In this document: positions 1 to 9,623 of the stretch, piece after piece | How the letters are laid out: each line of letters starts with the position of its first letter | How positions within the stretch are numbered: the stretch's first letter is position 1 | Source of the DNA: Planctomycetota bacterium | GTDB taxonomy: Bacteria > Planctomycetota > B15-G4 > SIAN01 | Direction: 5' to 3' | DNA length: 64,000 bases | Assembly (NCBI GenBank): GCA_028289345.1 | Contig: JANQQL010000047.1 | Location: 57,454 to 121,453, forward strand | Notes under the pieces: generated by a model | Database searches by the model: none | What the model was told of the DNA's origin: nothing | The model's input: only the letters and a program-made list of their open reading frames with translations | Translations under genes and position numbers: made by a program

Positions 1-368
1 GCACCTCAACTCGCCTCGAAACCCGGCCCGACTGGACTCGCCGGTCACTGGGAAAGGAGTTCCTCGCACGAAAGCAATGCCGTGGTCGCCTGAAATGAAG
101 GCCATGCGCCCACAACGGCGCATGGATGGACGGCCCCAAACCCAAAGGAGCGGGCGAAGCGATCGGCTTTCGCGCGCCTGTCGACTCGGCGAGGGGCCGG
201 CGCGGCCTCCCCTCCGACGAATGCGGAATCGGGACAGGCTGGGTCCCCCTATCATCGTTCCCGGAATCCACGGGACCCCCTGCTTCGTCATCTCCGGTGG
301 TGGTCCCACCTCACTGGCGCCAGTCGCCAAATCCCACGGCAATCCGCCGTGGATGGAAAGGAGAAGCA

Positions 369-830
369 ATGAGCGTGCAACCGATTCCCGAAGGCTTCCA
401 CTCAGTGACCCCTCACCTGATCATCCAGAATGCCGCCGAAGCCATCGAGTTCTACAAGAAGGCATTCGGCGCGGAGGAGATGACCCGTATGCCGACCCCC
501 GACGGCAAGATCATGCACGCGGAGATCAAGATCGGCGATTCGCATGTGATGATCGCCGAGCGGATGGCCGAGTTCGGCATGAAGGGTCCCGAGGACTTCG
601 GCGGCAGCCCGGTCTGCCTGCACATCTACTGCGACAACGTGGACACCATGTTCGAGACCGCAGTCAAAGCCGGTGGCCAGGTGGTCATGCCCCCGCAAGA
701 CATGTTCTGGGGCGACCGTTACGGCAAGCTCAAGGACCCGTTCGGCCACGAGTGGTCGATCGCCACCCACACCGCCGATCCGAGCCCGGAAGAGATGGCC
801 AAGGCCGCGGCCGAGGCGTTCGGCGGCTAA
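369..830 (+). CDS. VOC/glyoxalase (PhnB-like) family protein
   Basis: MSVQPIPEGFHSVTPHL...AIEFYKKAFGAEE...MHAEIKIGDS...DMFWGDRYGKLKDPFGHEWSIA; RBS AAGGAG before ATG 369. Confidence 0.9.
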   Translation: MSVQPIPEGFHSVTPHLIIQNAAEAIEFYKKAFGAEEMTRMPTPDGKIMHAEIKIGDSHVMIAERMAEFGMKGPEDFGGSPVCLHIYCDNVDTMFETAVKAGGQVVMPPQDMFWGDRYGKLKDPFGHEWSIATHTADPSPEEMAKAAAEAFGG

Positions 831-1110
831 CACTCCGAAAAGGCGACCAGCACCCGACTCCCGAGTGCTGGCTCGCTGCCCGTGGAGAGCCGCTCCCCCG
901 AACTCGCGGGCGGCGTTGAAGATTGACGCCCCCCCCTTCCTTGCCTCGACCGCGGCGGAAATCCTGCCTCTCGGGCCGGCAGAGCGTAACACCGAGAGCC
1001 CCAGGGGTTGCTCCCGGGTCACGAGTCTCCATGATCGGGCTGCCGGCGGACCCAGCGGTCCCGCCGGCAGCTCGTTTTCGTTCCCTCCCCAGCAAACAGG
1101 AACTTCCTCC

Positions 1111-3093
1111 ATGATCCCGCGACGTGCCGCTCTGTTGTTCTTCGCGCTCGTTTCCGTCCTCCGATCGGGCGTCGCCCAGGCCTCGGAAGACGCGTGGTGG
1201 CTCGCCACCGTGCAAGGAGCGCCGGTCGGCTACACACGCACCATCACCGACCAGCTTGAGGAGGACGGCGAAGTCCGCTTCCTCACCATCGAGACCATGA
1301 AGATGAAGCTGGGCCGCTTGGGCGCCGAGATGGAAATCGTCGGCACCACGCGCTCGTGGGAAAACGAAGCCGGGGAGATGCTGCGCATCGAGGGCAGCAT
1401 GGAAATGGCCCAGAACCCGACCAGCTACAAGGGCGTGGTGCGTGGCAACGTGCTGCATCTCGAGAGCACGTTGATGGGCAACACCCAGAAGAAGCAGCTT
1501 CCGTGGAAGAAGGGCATCGTTGGCTCTCATGCCATCGATCGCGCCTGGGTGGAAATGTCCCGCGCTCCGGTCGGGACCAAGAAGAAGCTGATGAGCTTCG
1601 AGCCGACCATGGGAATGATCTTCAACATGGAGATCGAAGCCGGGCCCACCGAGATCATCGAGCACCAGGGTCAGAAGGTAGAAGCACGGGTGGTGTTCGG
1701 CACGACGGACCTGATGCCCGGGATGAAATCTCGGGTCTGGGTGACCCCCGACGGCGAATCGATCCGCGAAACCGCCCCGCTCATGGGATCGGTGGAAATC
1801 GTCTCGACCCGCACCACTCGCGAGAAGGCCTTGGCCGGCTTCGAAGCGAGCGGAGAGGTCCCCGACATTTTTGCTCAGTCCGTCGTGACCTGCCGGGTTC
1901 CAATTCCCAACCCTCGACGAGTGGACGAGGTGCTCTACCGCGTCACCATGGAGAACGCCAATCACGAGCTGCCGCCCTTCGACCACGATCGCCGTCAGGT
2001 CGAAGAGTCCCGCAGCGACAGCGAGGTGATGCTGCGGATCACCCGTCAGGAACCGGCCGCCCTGTTCCCCTTCCCGCTCGCCGACTTGCCCGAATCCGTC
2101 GGGGCGTCATTGAAGCCGTCCCTGCTGGTTCAAAGTGATGACGGAGACATCGCTCGCACGGCCCGCGAAATTGCCGGCTCGGAGACCGATGCGTGGAAGG
2201 TGGCCCAAGACATGGAGCGCTGGGTCTACGAACACATCCAGAAGAAGAGCATGGATGTCGGTTTCGCCTCGGCACGAGAAGTTTTCGAGACCAAGCAGGG
2301 GGACTGCACCGAGCACGCGGTGCTGTTGGCGGCACTGTGCCGTTCGGTCGGGATCCCGGCTCGAGTCGCCATGGGGTTCCTGTATGTCCAAGGCATCTTC
2401 GGTGGCCATGCGTGGACCGAGGTATACATGGATGATTGGTACGCCTTGGACGCCACCAACGCGGTCGGCGGGGTGGACGCGGCTCACATCACCATGGGAA
2501 CCAGCAACTTCGATCAAGACGAAGGGCTGGCGGAATTCCTTCCCATGATGGCCGTGTTCGGCAACGTCGACATCGACGTGGTCGAGCTCCGCTACGGGGA
2601 ACAGCGCATCCAGACGGGCGAAAACCTGACCAACAACATGATCCAGGGAGACACCTACGAGAACCGCTTGCTCGGCCTCAAGGTGACCAAACCGGAAGGT
2701 TGGAAGTTCGAGATCCCCGAGAAAGAAGGAATCAGCAAGGACACCCTGACCTTGGCGTCTCCGAAAGGTGACTTCCTGCACATTCACTCCCAGTCCGTTC
2801 CCTATGACTTTTCCCTCGAGGACCTGCGTCAACGTGCCCTGTCTTCTTGGAAGGGCGAAGGAAAGAACGTGACTCAAACGCCCCTGTCCATCGACGGGCG
2901 GGCGACTCAAATGCGCTCGGCCACCATGCCGAGCATGCAGCGGGTCGGCGCGGACGTGCTGTTGGGCGACACCCTCTTCGTGTTCGACATGACGACGTTG
3001 CGCGAAGACGCCGCGCAGCTGTTCGAGGAGATTCTGGACACCGTGGACTTCGACGTGGGCGTCATGCAGCTCGAAGCCGCCCAGTCGGAGTAA
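1111..3093 (+). CDS. Secreted transglutaminase-like domain protein
   Basis: Signal peptide MIPRRAALLFFALVSVLRSGVAQA; catalytic triad motifs GDCTEHA, GHAWTE, LDAT. Confidence 0.85.
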   Translation: MIPRRAALLFFALVSVLRSGVAQASEDAWWLATVQGAPVGYTRTITDQLEEDGEVRFLTIETMKMKLGRLGAEMEIVGTTRSWENEAGEMLRIEGSMEMAQNPTSYKGVVRGNVLHLESTLMGNTQKKQLPWKKGIVGSHAIDRAWVEMSRAPVGTKKKLMSFEPTMGMIFNMEIEAGPTEIIEHQGQKVEARVVFGTTDLMPGMKSRVWVTPDGESIRETAPLMGSVEIVSTRTTREKALAGFEASGEVPDIFAQSVVTCRVPIPNPRRVDEVLYRVTMENANHELPPFDHDRRQVEESRSDSEVMLRITRQEPAALFPFPLADLPESVGASLKPSLLVQSDDGDIARTAREIAGSETDAWKVAQDMERWVYEHIQKKSMDVGFASAREVFETKQGDCTEHAVLLAALCRSVGIPARVAMGFLYVQGIFGGHAWTEVYMDDWYALDATNAVGGVDAAHITMGTSNFDQDEGLAEFLPMMAVFGNVDIDVVELRYGEQRIQTGENLTNNMIQGDTYENRLLGLKVTKPEGWKFEIPEKEGISKDTLTLASPKGDFLHIHSQSVPYDFSLEDLRQRALSSWKGEGKNVTQTPLSIDGRATQMRSATMPSMQRVGADVLLGDTLFVFDMTTLREDAAQLFEEILDTVDFDVGVMQLEAAQSE

Positions 3094-3348
3094 GGACCGG
3101 CGCGCTCGACGTGCACCACGCCTGGGTTCGGCGTCCGACCGAGAGGAGCGGGCGGGCAAGCTCGGGATCGGGCGGGCCGAGCATCGAGGGGCGGACGCCA
3201 AGATTCGACTCACTCGGCGGTCGCAAGGATTGCTCACCCGAGGCGATTCGTGAGTCCGGCGGCCCTCGGCTGGACTCATGAGGATTAGCCCGGACGAATC
3301 GTGAAGGTTCGCAGGCCTGAGGAAAAGGCCTGCGAGCACGAGACCCCG

Positions 3349-3373
3349 GGAACTTTTCCCCGGCCTCCCCGTA
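3349..3373 (+). promoter_or_regulatory. Putative ECF sigma promoter GGAAC-N16-CGTA
   Basis: GGAAC (3349-3353), 16-nt spacer, CGTA (3370-3373), about 110 nt upstream of ATG 3481; fits the general ECF -35 AAC / -10 CGT pattern. Confidence 0.4.
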
Positions 3374-3480
3374 CGTGAGGAGATGGCCCAGGCCTCCCTG
3401 ACCCCCGGGTCGTGTGGGAGGAGCCGCAGTTTTCCCGAGGGGGTGACCACCTCGAACTGGACGCGAAGGAGAGTGGATTC

Positions 3481-4446
3481 ATGAGCCTGACGCTGTTGTC
3501 CCTGTTGCTCGCCGTCGCGGATCCCGTGCCGGCAGCCGAGATGCCGAACGATGTCCTCACCGTGTCCGCATCGATGGACTCGGGGGAGTGGACCCCGGGA
3601 TCCGACCATGTGCTGAATCTCGAAGTCACCATGAAGGACGGCTGGTCCGCGTCGACTTCGGGAATTCCCCAGCCGCTGCTGCAGATCCAGAAGCCCGCCT
3701 CGGTGACCCTGGAAGGCAAGGTCCTGACGAAATTCGAAGACCTGGCCCGCAACGAGTTCCTCCAGGCTCCCTATGAGCGCCTGATCGAAGGGACCCGCGC
3801 CGAGATCGGCTTTACAGTGAAAGGCGATCCAAGGGACGGAGAAACCCTGGCATTCACCGTCCTCGCCTACGTCTCCGACGATCCGGACTCTCGCGGCTGG
3901 TTCGTGCGCAAGCGCATGGAAGTCGAGCTGAAGCCAGACGCCGTCGCCAAAGAGGTGTCGGCGGAAGACTCCACCTGGGGAGACTCGGGTGTGCTGCAGA
4001 TCGGGGACGACGCCGAGTCTTTCGAACTGCCTCGCGCCGACGAGTCCTACCTGGTCATGGACGACTACCTGTACGAGAAGAACATCGTCGTCACCACCTA
4101 TCGCGCCTACTGGTGACCGTTCTGCATCGAACAGCTCGGTGAGCTGTCAGACTTCCGGCAACAATTCGAGGACCGCGACACCGTCGTCATCGCCATTGCT
4201 CAAGAGGACACCGACCTCGTGACCCACGGCAAGATCCTGGAGAAGTTCCCCGAGGACCTGCCTTTCCAGCTGGTCGCGGATGTCGACCAGGAGCAAACCA
4301 AGTCCTACGATCGGACCACGACGTACCTGATCGACAAGGAAGGGGTGGTGCGAGAAATCTTCCCCGCCATGATCCACATGCGTCCGACCTGGCACTCGGT
4401 GCTGAATCGTCTGGACGAAATCCTCGGCGCAGAGGCCGCGGAGTAA
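3481..4446 (+). CDS. Secreted selenoprotein: DsbD N-terminal-like domain + peroxiredoxin-like (AhpC/TSA) domain with UxxC; in-frame TGA at 4114-4116
   Basis: ORFs 3412-4116 and 4219-4446 share a frame; readthrough gives VVTTYRAYW-U-PFCIEQLGEL...TYLIDKEGVVR, the redoxin YRGxWCPxC motif with Cys1 as TGA; signal peptide and RBS AAGGAG; 321 aa, U212. Confidence 0.88.
4131..4147 (+). promoter_or_regulatory. Bacterial SECIS-like hairpin
   Basis: ACAGCTC-GGT-GAGCTGT, perfect 7-bp stem; the G-starting loop begins 22 nt after the TGA. Confidence 0.75.
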
Positions 4447-4481
4447 CCCGCTCCCCGTTGCGTCGTCCCTCCTGAACCTTC

Positions 4482-4522
4482 GGGGCCCGATTCACCGTCG
4501 CGTGAGTCGGGCCCCTTCTCTT
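4482..4522 (+). terminator. Intrinsic terminator after the selenoprotein gene
   Basis: GGGGCCCGATTCAC/GTGAGTCGGGCCCC 14-bp stem (one G-U) followed by TTCTCTT, 35 nt after TAA 4446. Confidence 0.65.
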
Positions 4523-4839
4523 GGGCGAACTCTGCGGGAAACGACGCCTGCCGCGAGCCGACGCCCCGCAGACCTGACCGGGACACCCATCTGACGGGAA
4601 ACCTTGTCCCGGACAAACCGCCCCGTCGCTCGATCCCGAATCTGCGGGGCGGGGCTACCATGGCATGCGCAGGGCCGAAGCCGCCTTGGCAGCCGCTATA
4701 TTCGCGCGGATTCCGCGATCCAGCCCCCTGGCCCGCCCCTTGCGGAGGCTTGGAGGATCTGGAACTCCCTGCGAACCCCACCCTCGGCGTCGCGCTCCCC
4801 TGTCATCCGAAAATCCAGCACAAGGACCCGGCCCTCTCC

Positions 4840-7644
4840 ATGGCGAAGTCTGAAGCTCCCAAGCGGCGTCGCTACGTTCCCGCCGTCGGCAAACGCCTGA
4901 ACGTTCTTTTGGCCGTGGTCTTCGGCTTGTTCGCACTGCTGTCCGTGAACGGGCTGTTCCTCGCGAGCGTGCGCGTGCTGGGGTACTTCACCGGACGCTC
5001 CTACGAGAACCTCTTCTACCTCTACAACTTCCTGGTGCACCTGGTGCTGGGTTTCGTTCTGATCGCCCCGCTGGTGATTTTCACCGCGATCCACATGAAG
5101 AACACTCGGCAGCGGCGCAACCGACGCGCGTTGAAAGCCGGCTATGGCCTGGCGTTCATCGCTTTGCTGCTGGTGTTGAGCGGGGTCCTGCTGACTCGCA
5201 TCGAAGGCATCCTGGAGGTCAAGAACCAGACGGTTCGGAGCGCCGCGTACTGGGCCCACGTCATCACTCCGTTGTTGGCCGTCTGGATGTTCATCCTGCA
5301 CCGCCTGGCGGGCCGCAAGATCCGCTGGAACATCGGATTGCGCTGGGCCGTGGTCGGTGTCGTGTTCGCGGGAATCAGCCTGCTATTCCTCACCCACGAC
5401 CCGCGCGCTTGGGACGTGGAGGGCAATCCAGACGGCGCTCAGTACTTCTTCCCGTCGTTGGCCAGGACGGTGAGCGGCGATTTCATCCCGGCGCACGTCC
5501 TCGACAACGACGAATACTGCATGCGCTGCCACCAGGACGTTCATGAGTCCTGGGAAATGAGCGTCCATCGCTTCGCCTCGTTCAACAACCCGGTGTACCT
5601 GGCGTCCATTCGCGAAACACGCCAGGCCATGATGGAGCGCGATGGGAACATTCAAGGCTCACGATTCTGCGCCGGCTGCCACGATCCGGTTCCGTTCTTC
5701 TCCGGCGCCTTCAACGACCCCAACTACGACGACGTCAACCACCCGACGGCCCACTCGGGAATCACCTGCACCGCCTGTCACGCCATCACCCACGTGAACA
5801 CTCCGCGAGGCAACGCCGACTACACCATCGAAGAGCCCATCCACTACCCGTTCACGTTCAGCGACAACCCGCTGCTGAGCTGGGTGAATGAGCAGCTGGT
5901 GAAAGCCAAGCCAGGGTTCCACAAGAAGACGTTCCTGAAACCGCTTCACCAAGAAGCCGAGTTCTGCGGGTCCTGCCACAAAGTGCACTTGCCGAAAGAG
6001 GTCAACGACTACAAGTGGCTCCGCGGCCAGAACCACTACGACAACTATCACTTGAGCGGCGTTTCCGGCCACGGGGTGCAGAGCTTCTACTATCCCCCCA
6101 AAGCGGAACACAATTGCAACAACTGCCACATGCCGTTGATGCCTTCCGACGATTTCGGCTCCCAGGACTTCGACGGGTCTGGCGTCGTCCAGGCCCACGA
6201 CCACATGTTCCCTTCGGCCAATGCGGCCATTCCTCATTTGGAGGCCGAACTCAACCGCCTTACCAAAGAACAAGCGAACATTGCCGAGCAGAAGCACCGA
6301 AAGTTCACTGATGGCGTGATGCGTCTAGACATCTTCGGCATCAAAGAAGAGGGGCGCATCGATGGGGCACTGACGGCTCCGCTGCGGCCCGAGGTCCCGA
6401 CCTTGCAGCCCGGGGGCCGGTATCTCCTCGAAGTCGTCATCCGCACCAAGAAGATGGGGCACATCTTCACCCAGGGCACGGTGGACTCGAACGAAGTTTG
6501 GGTAGAGATGAGCGCCGAGTCGGACCAACGACTCTTGGGACGTTCCGGCGGACTGCACCCGGACACGCGGGAGCTGGACCCCTGGTCACACATGGTGAAT
6601 GCGTTCGTGCTCGACCGGGAAGGCAACCGGATCTCGCGACGCAACGCCCAGGACATCTTCATTCCGCTGTACAACCATCAGATTCCGCCGGGAGCCGCGG
6701 ACGTGGTGCACTACCTTCTGGAAGTGCCAGAGAACCAGACCGGCTCCATCACGGTGAACGCGCGCCTTCGCTACCGAAAGTTTGACAACGAGCTGATGCG
6801 CTTCGTCACCGAAGACGAAGGCTATGTGAACAACCTTCCGATTCTGGAGCTGGCCGAGGATCGGGTCGTGTTCCCGGTGGCCGGAGGAGACGTTTCCCAG
6901 AACCCCGCTTCTGAGATTCCGGAATGGGAACGCTGGAACGACTACGGGATCGGCCTGCTGCGCAAGGGACAGCTCGGTGAGCTCCGCCAGGCAGAACATG
7001 CCTTCCAACAGGTCGAGCGTCTGGGTCGGCCGGAAGGGCCGTTGCACCAGGCCCGGGTGTACATCAAAGAAGGTCGCGTTGCCGACGAAGCGCCCGCCGC
7101 CTTGCGTCGAGCTCGGGACTTCGAACCTCCCGCCAATGAGTGGTCGGTGCTTTGGTTCTCCGGCTTGGTCAACAAGCAGAACGGCAAGCTGGAAGATGCA
7201 ATTCGAAACTTCGAGCAGATCCTGGAAGGAGGCTTCGAGCAAGCTCAGGGTCGAGAATTCGACTTCCGTCAGGACTACAATCTGCTGAACGAACTGGCCG
7301 GCACCGTGTTCGAGCGCGCCAAGCAAATGCGCGGGGAGAAACGCAAGCCCCAACGCGAAGCGCTCATGAACAAAGCCCTCGGCCTGTTTCACCAGGTCCT
7401 TGACCTGGATCCCGAAAACGTGACGGCTCACTACGGTCTGAACTTGATCTACCGAGACCTGGGAGACGATGCCAAGGCCGCAGAACACAGCGCGCTGCAC
7501 GGCACTTACAAGGTGGATGACAACGCGCGGGACCTCGCCATCGCCAACGCTCGGATCAAGTACCCAGCCGCCAATCACGCGGCGGAAGCGGTGGTGATCT
7601 ACGACTTGCAGCGCGATGGCGCCTACGGAATGCCCCAACAATGA
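4840..7644 (+). CDS. Membrane-anchored pentaheme cytochrome c (c554-like) with C-terminal TPR repeats
   Basis: About 5 N-terminal TM helices with His residues; CxxCH x5 (CMRCH, CAGCH, CTACH, CGSCH, CNNCH); C-terminal TPR-like helices (RWNDYGIGLL, LDPENVTAHYGL). Confidence 0.85.
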   Translation: MAKSEAPKRRRYVPAVGKRLNVLLAVVFGLFALLSVNGLFLASVRVLGYFTGRSYENLFYLYNFLVHLVLGFVLIAPLVIFTAIHMKNTRQRRNRRALKAGYGLAFIALLLVLSGVLLTRIEGILEVKNQTVRSAAYWAHVITPLLAVWMFILHRLAGRKIRWNIGLRWAVVGVVFAGISLLFLTHDPRAWDVEGNPDGAQYFFPSLARTVSGDFIPAHVLDNDEYCMRCHQDVHESWEMSVHRFASFNNPVYLASIRETRQAMMERDGNIQGSRFCAGCHDPVPFFSGAFNDPNYDDVNHPTAHSGITCTACHAITHVNTPRGNADYTIEEPIHYPFTFSDNPLLSWVNEQLVKAKPGFHKKTFLKPLHQEAEFCGSCHKVHLPKEVNDYKWLRGQNHYDNYHLSGVSGHGVQSFYYPPKAEHNCNNCHMPLMPSDDFGSQDFDGSGVVQAHDHMFPSANAAIPHLEAELNRLTKEQANIAEQKHRKFTDGVMRLDIFGIKEEGRIDGALTAPLRPEVPTLQPGGRYLLEVVIRTKKMGHIFTQGTVDSNEVWVEMSAESDQRLLGRSGGLHPDTRELDPWSHMVNAFVLDREGNRISRRNAQDIFIPLYNHQIPPGAADVVHYLLEVPENQTGSITVNARLRYRKFDNELMRFVTEDEGYVNNLPILELAEDRVVFPVAGGDVSQNPASEIPEWERWNDYGIGLLRKGQLGELRQAEHAFQQVERLGRPEGPLHQARVYIKEGRVADEAPAALRRARDFEPPANEWSVLWFSGLVNKQNGKLEDAIRNFEQILEGGFEQAQGREFDFRQDYNLLNELAGTVFERAKQMRGEKRKPQREALMNKALGLFHQVLDLDPENVTAHYGLNLIYRDLGDDAKAAEHSALHGTYKVDDNARDLAIANARIKYPAANHAAEAVVIYDLQRDGAYGMPQQ

Positions 7645-9500
7645 ACGACCCGAAGAGCACGGAGCCCCACGACCACGAGTCCGAAGAGTTCGTCCCCGAA
7701 GACGACCGCATTGTCGGCCAGGCGTTTCGCTGGTCCCTCGCCGTCATTCTTTTCCTCGCCGGGGTGATCTGCGGGTTCCTGTACTTCTCGAAAGAGGAGG
7801 TCCAAGAAGCCGAGGTCCAGGAGAAGGATTTGAGTGCGATCCCGGACTTGGCGCCCGAACTGGAACAAGCGCCCACGGTGGTGTTCACCGACGTGACCGA
7901 GCAGGCGGGAATCGACTTTGTGCATCACAGCGGCGCCCGCGGCGAGAAGCTCCTCCCGGAAACCATGGGAAGTGGCTGCGCCTTCTTCGACTATGACGCG
8001 GACGGAGACCAGGACCTTCTCTTGACCAACGGTACCGCCTGGCCCCACGACCCCGCCCCCGAGACGCCGCCGACCATGGCCCTGTATCGCAACGACGGAT
8101 CCGGTCACTTCGAAGACGTCACCGAAGAATCCGGCCTGGCAGTGTCCTTCTACGGCATGGGACCCGCCGCGGCAGACTGGGACGCCGACGGAGACCTGGA
8201 CTTGTTCGTCGCCGCGGTCGGACGAAACCGCATGTTCCGCAACGAAGGGGGCACCTTTGTGGAGGTGACCGATCAAGCGGGAGTGGCCGGACTCGACAGC
8301 GAGTGGACCTCGTGCGCCGGCTTCTTCGATGCCGATGGCGACGGCGATTTGGATCTGCTGGTCGGAAACTACGTCGAGTGGTCCCGAGACATCGACACTC
8401 AGTTGGCCTTCACCTTGAACGGCGAAGACCGTGCTTACGGCCCACCGACCAACTACAAGGGGAGCTTTCCCGCTCTGTATCGCAACGACGGCGATGGGAC
8501 CTTCACCGACATTTCGGAGGAGTCCGGGATTCGCATCGCAAACTCGGCGACCGGCGTGCCGGTGGCCAAGACTTTGGGCTTCGCCTTCACCGACATCGAT
8601 CAGGACGGCTTGCAAGACGTTCTGGTCGCCAACGACACGGTCAGCAACTTTCTGTTTCACAACCTCGGCGGTGGCAAGTTCGAGGAAATTGGAGACGTCG
8701 CTGGAGTCGCGTACGATTCCACTGGGCATGCCACGGGCGCCATGGGCATCGACTGCGCCTACTACCGAAACGACGGTTCCCTGGGAATCGGCATCGGCAA
8801 CTTCGCCAACGAAATGAGTTCGCTGTACGTGTCCTACCGCGATCGCCTTCAGTTTTCCGACGAGGCCATTGGCGAGGGCGTCGGCTCCCCTTCGCGACTG
8901 CGCCTTTCCTTCGGTCTGTTCTTCTTCGACTACGATCTGGATGGGCGCATGGATTTGTTCCAGGCCAACGGACATCTGGAAGAAACCATCCACGAAATCC
9001 AAGAAAGCCAGCACTACCACCAGCCGGTTCAGCTGTTCTGGAACCGCGGCCCCGATTCGGAGAGCTGTTTCGTCGAGATTCCGAGCGACGAAGCGGGCGA
9101 TCTGGCGAAAAAGGTCGCGGGGCGTGCCGCGGCCTACGCGGACGTGGATGGAGATGGCGATCTGGACGTGATTGTCACTCAGCCCGGCGATCGCCCGATG
9201 CTGCTCCGCAACGATCAGGACCTGGGACACCACTGGATTCGATTGCAACTAGCCGGTTCCGGAAGCAATCGAGACGCCCTTGGCGCGCGTGTTCGCATCA
9301 CCCAGAACGGAACGACCTACGAACGAAGGGTCAGCCCCACCCGCAGTTACCTGAGTCAGGTGGAACTTCCGGTCACCATCGGCCTCGGCACCGCGACCTC
9401 GGTCGAGAAGCTCGAAGTGATCTGGCCCGATGGCTCGACTCAAGCCGTGACGAACCCGACGATCGACGGGCTCACGGTGGTCCGCCAGTCGGGAGCCTGA
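7641..9500 (+). CDS. CRTAC1 family protein (FG-GAP repeats + ASPIC/UnbV domain)
   Basis: FTDVTEQAGIDF, PETMGSG, repeated DxDxDGDxDL Ca-binding motifs, SNRDALGARV, SYLSQ; ATGA overlap with upstream gene. Confidence 0.9.
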   Translation: MNDPKSTEPHDHESEEFVPEDDRIVGQAFRWSLAVILFLAGVICGFLYFSKEEVQEAEVQEKDLSAIPDLAPELEQAPTVVFTDVTEQAGIDFVHHSGARGEKLLPETMGSGCAFFDYDADGDQDLLLTNGTAWPHDPAPETPPTMALYRNDGSGHFEDVTEESGLAVSFYGMGPAAADWDADGDLDLFVAAVGRNRMFRNEGGTFVEVTDQAGVAGLDSEWTSCAGFFDADGDGDLDLLVGNYVEWSRDIDTQLAFTLNGEDRAYGPPTNYKGSFPALYRNDGDGTFTDISEESGIRIANSATGVPVAKTLGFAFTDIDQDGLQDVLVANDTVSNFLFHNLGGGKFEEIGDVAGVAYDSTGHATGAMGIDCAYYRNDGSLGIGIGNFANEMSSLYVSYRDRLQFSDEAIGEGVGSPSRLRLSFGLFFFDYDLDGRMDLFQANGHLEETIHEIQESQHYHQPVQLFWNRGPDSESCFVEIPSDEAGDLAKKVAGRAAAYADVDGDGDLDVIVTQPGDRPMLLRNDQDLGHHWIRLQLAGSGSNRDALGARVRITQNGTTYERRVSPTRSYLSQVELPVTIGLGTATSVEKLEVIWPDGSTQAVTNPTIDGLTVVRQSGA

Positions 9501-9623
9501 CCTCCTTCCTCACCCGTCGGGCAAAAGCGACGACGAAGTGCCGCGCACCCCAAGAACGGGTTCGATGCGAACGTACAAATCTCATCCCCGCTCTCGAATC
9601 TGGCAGATCGTGTGCTGCGCTGG

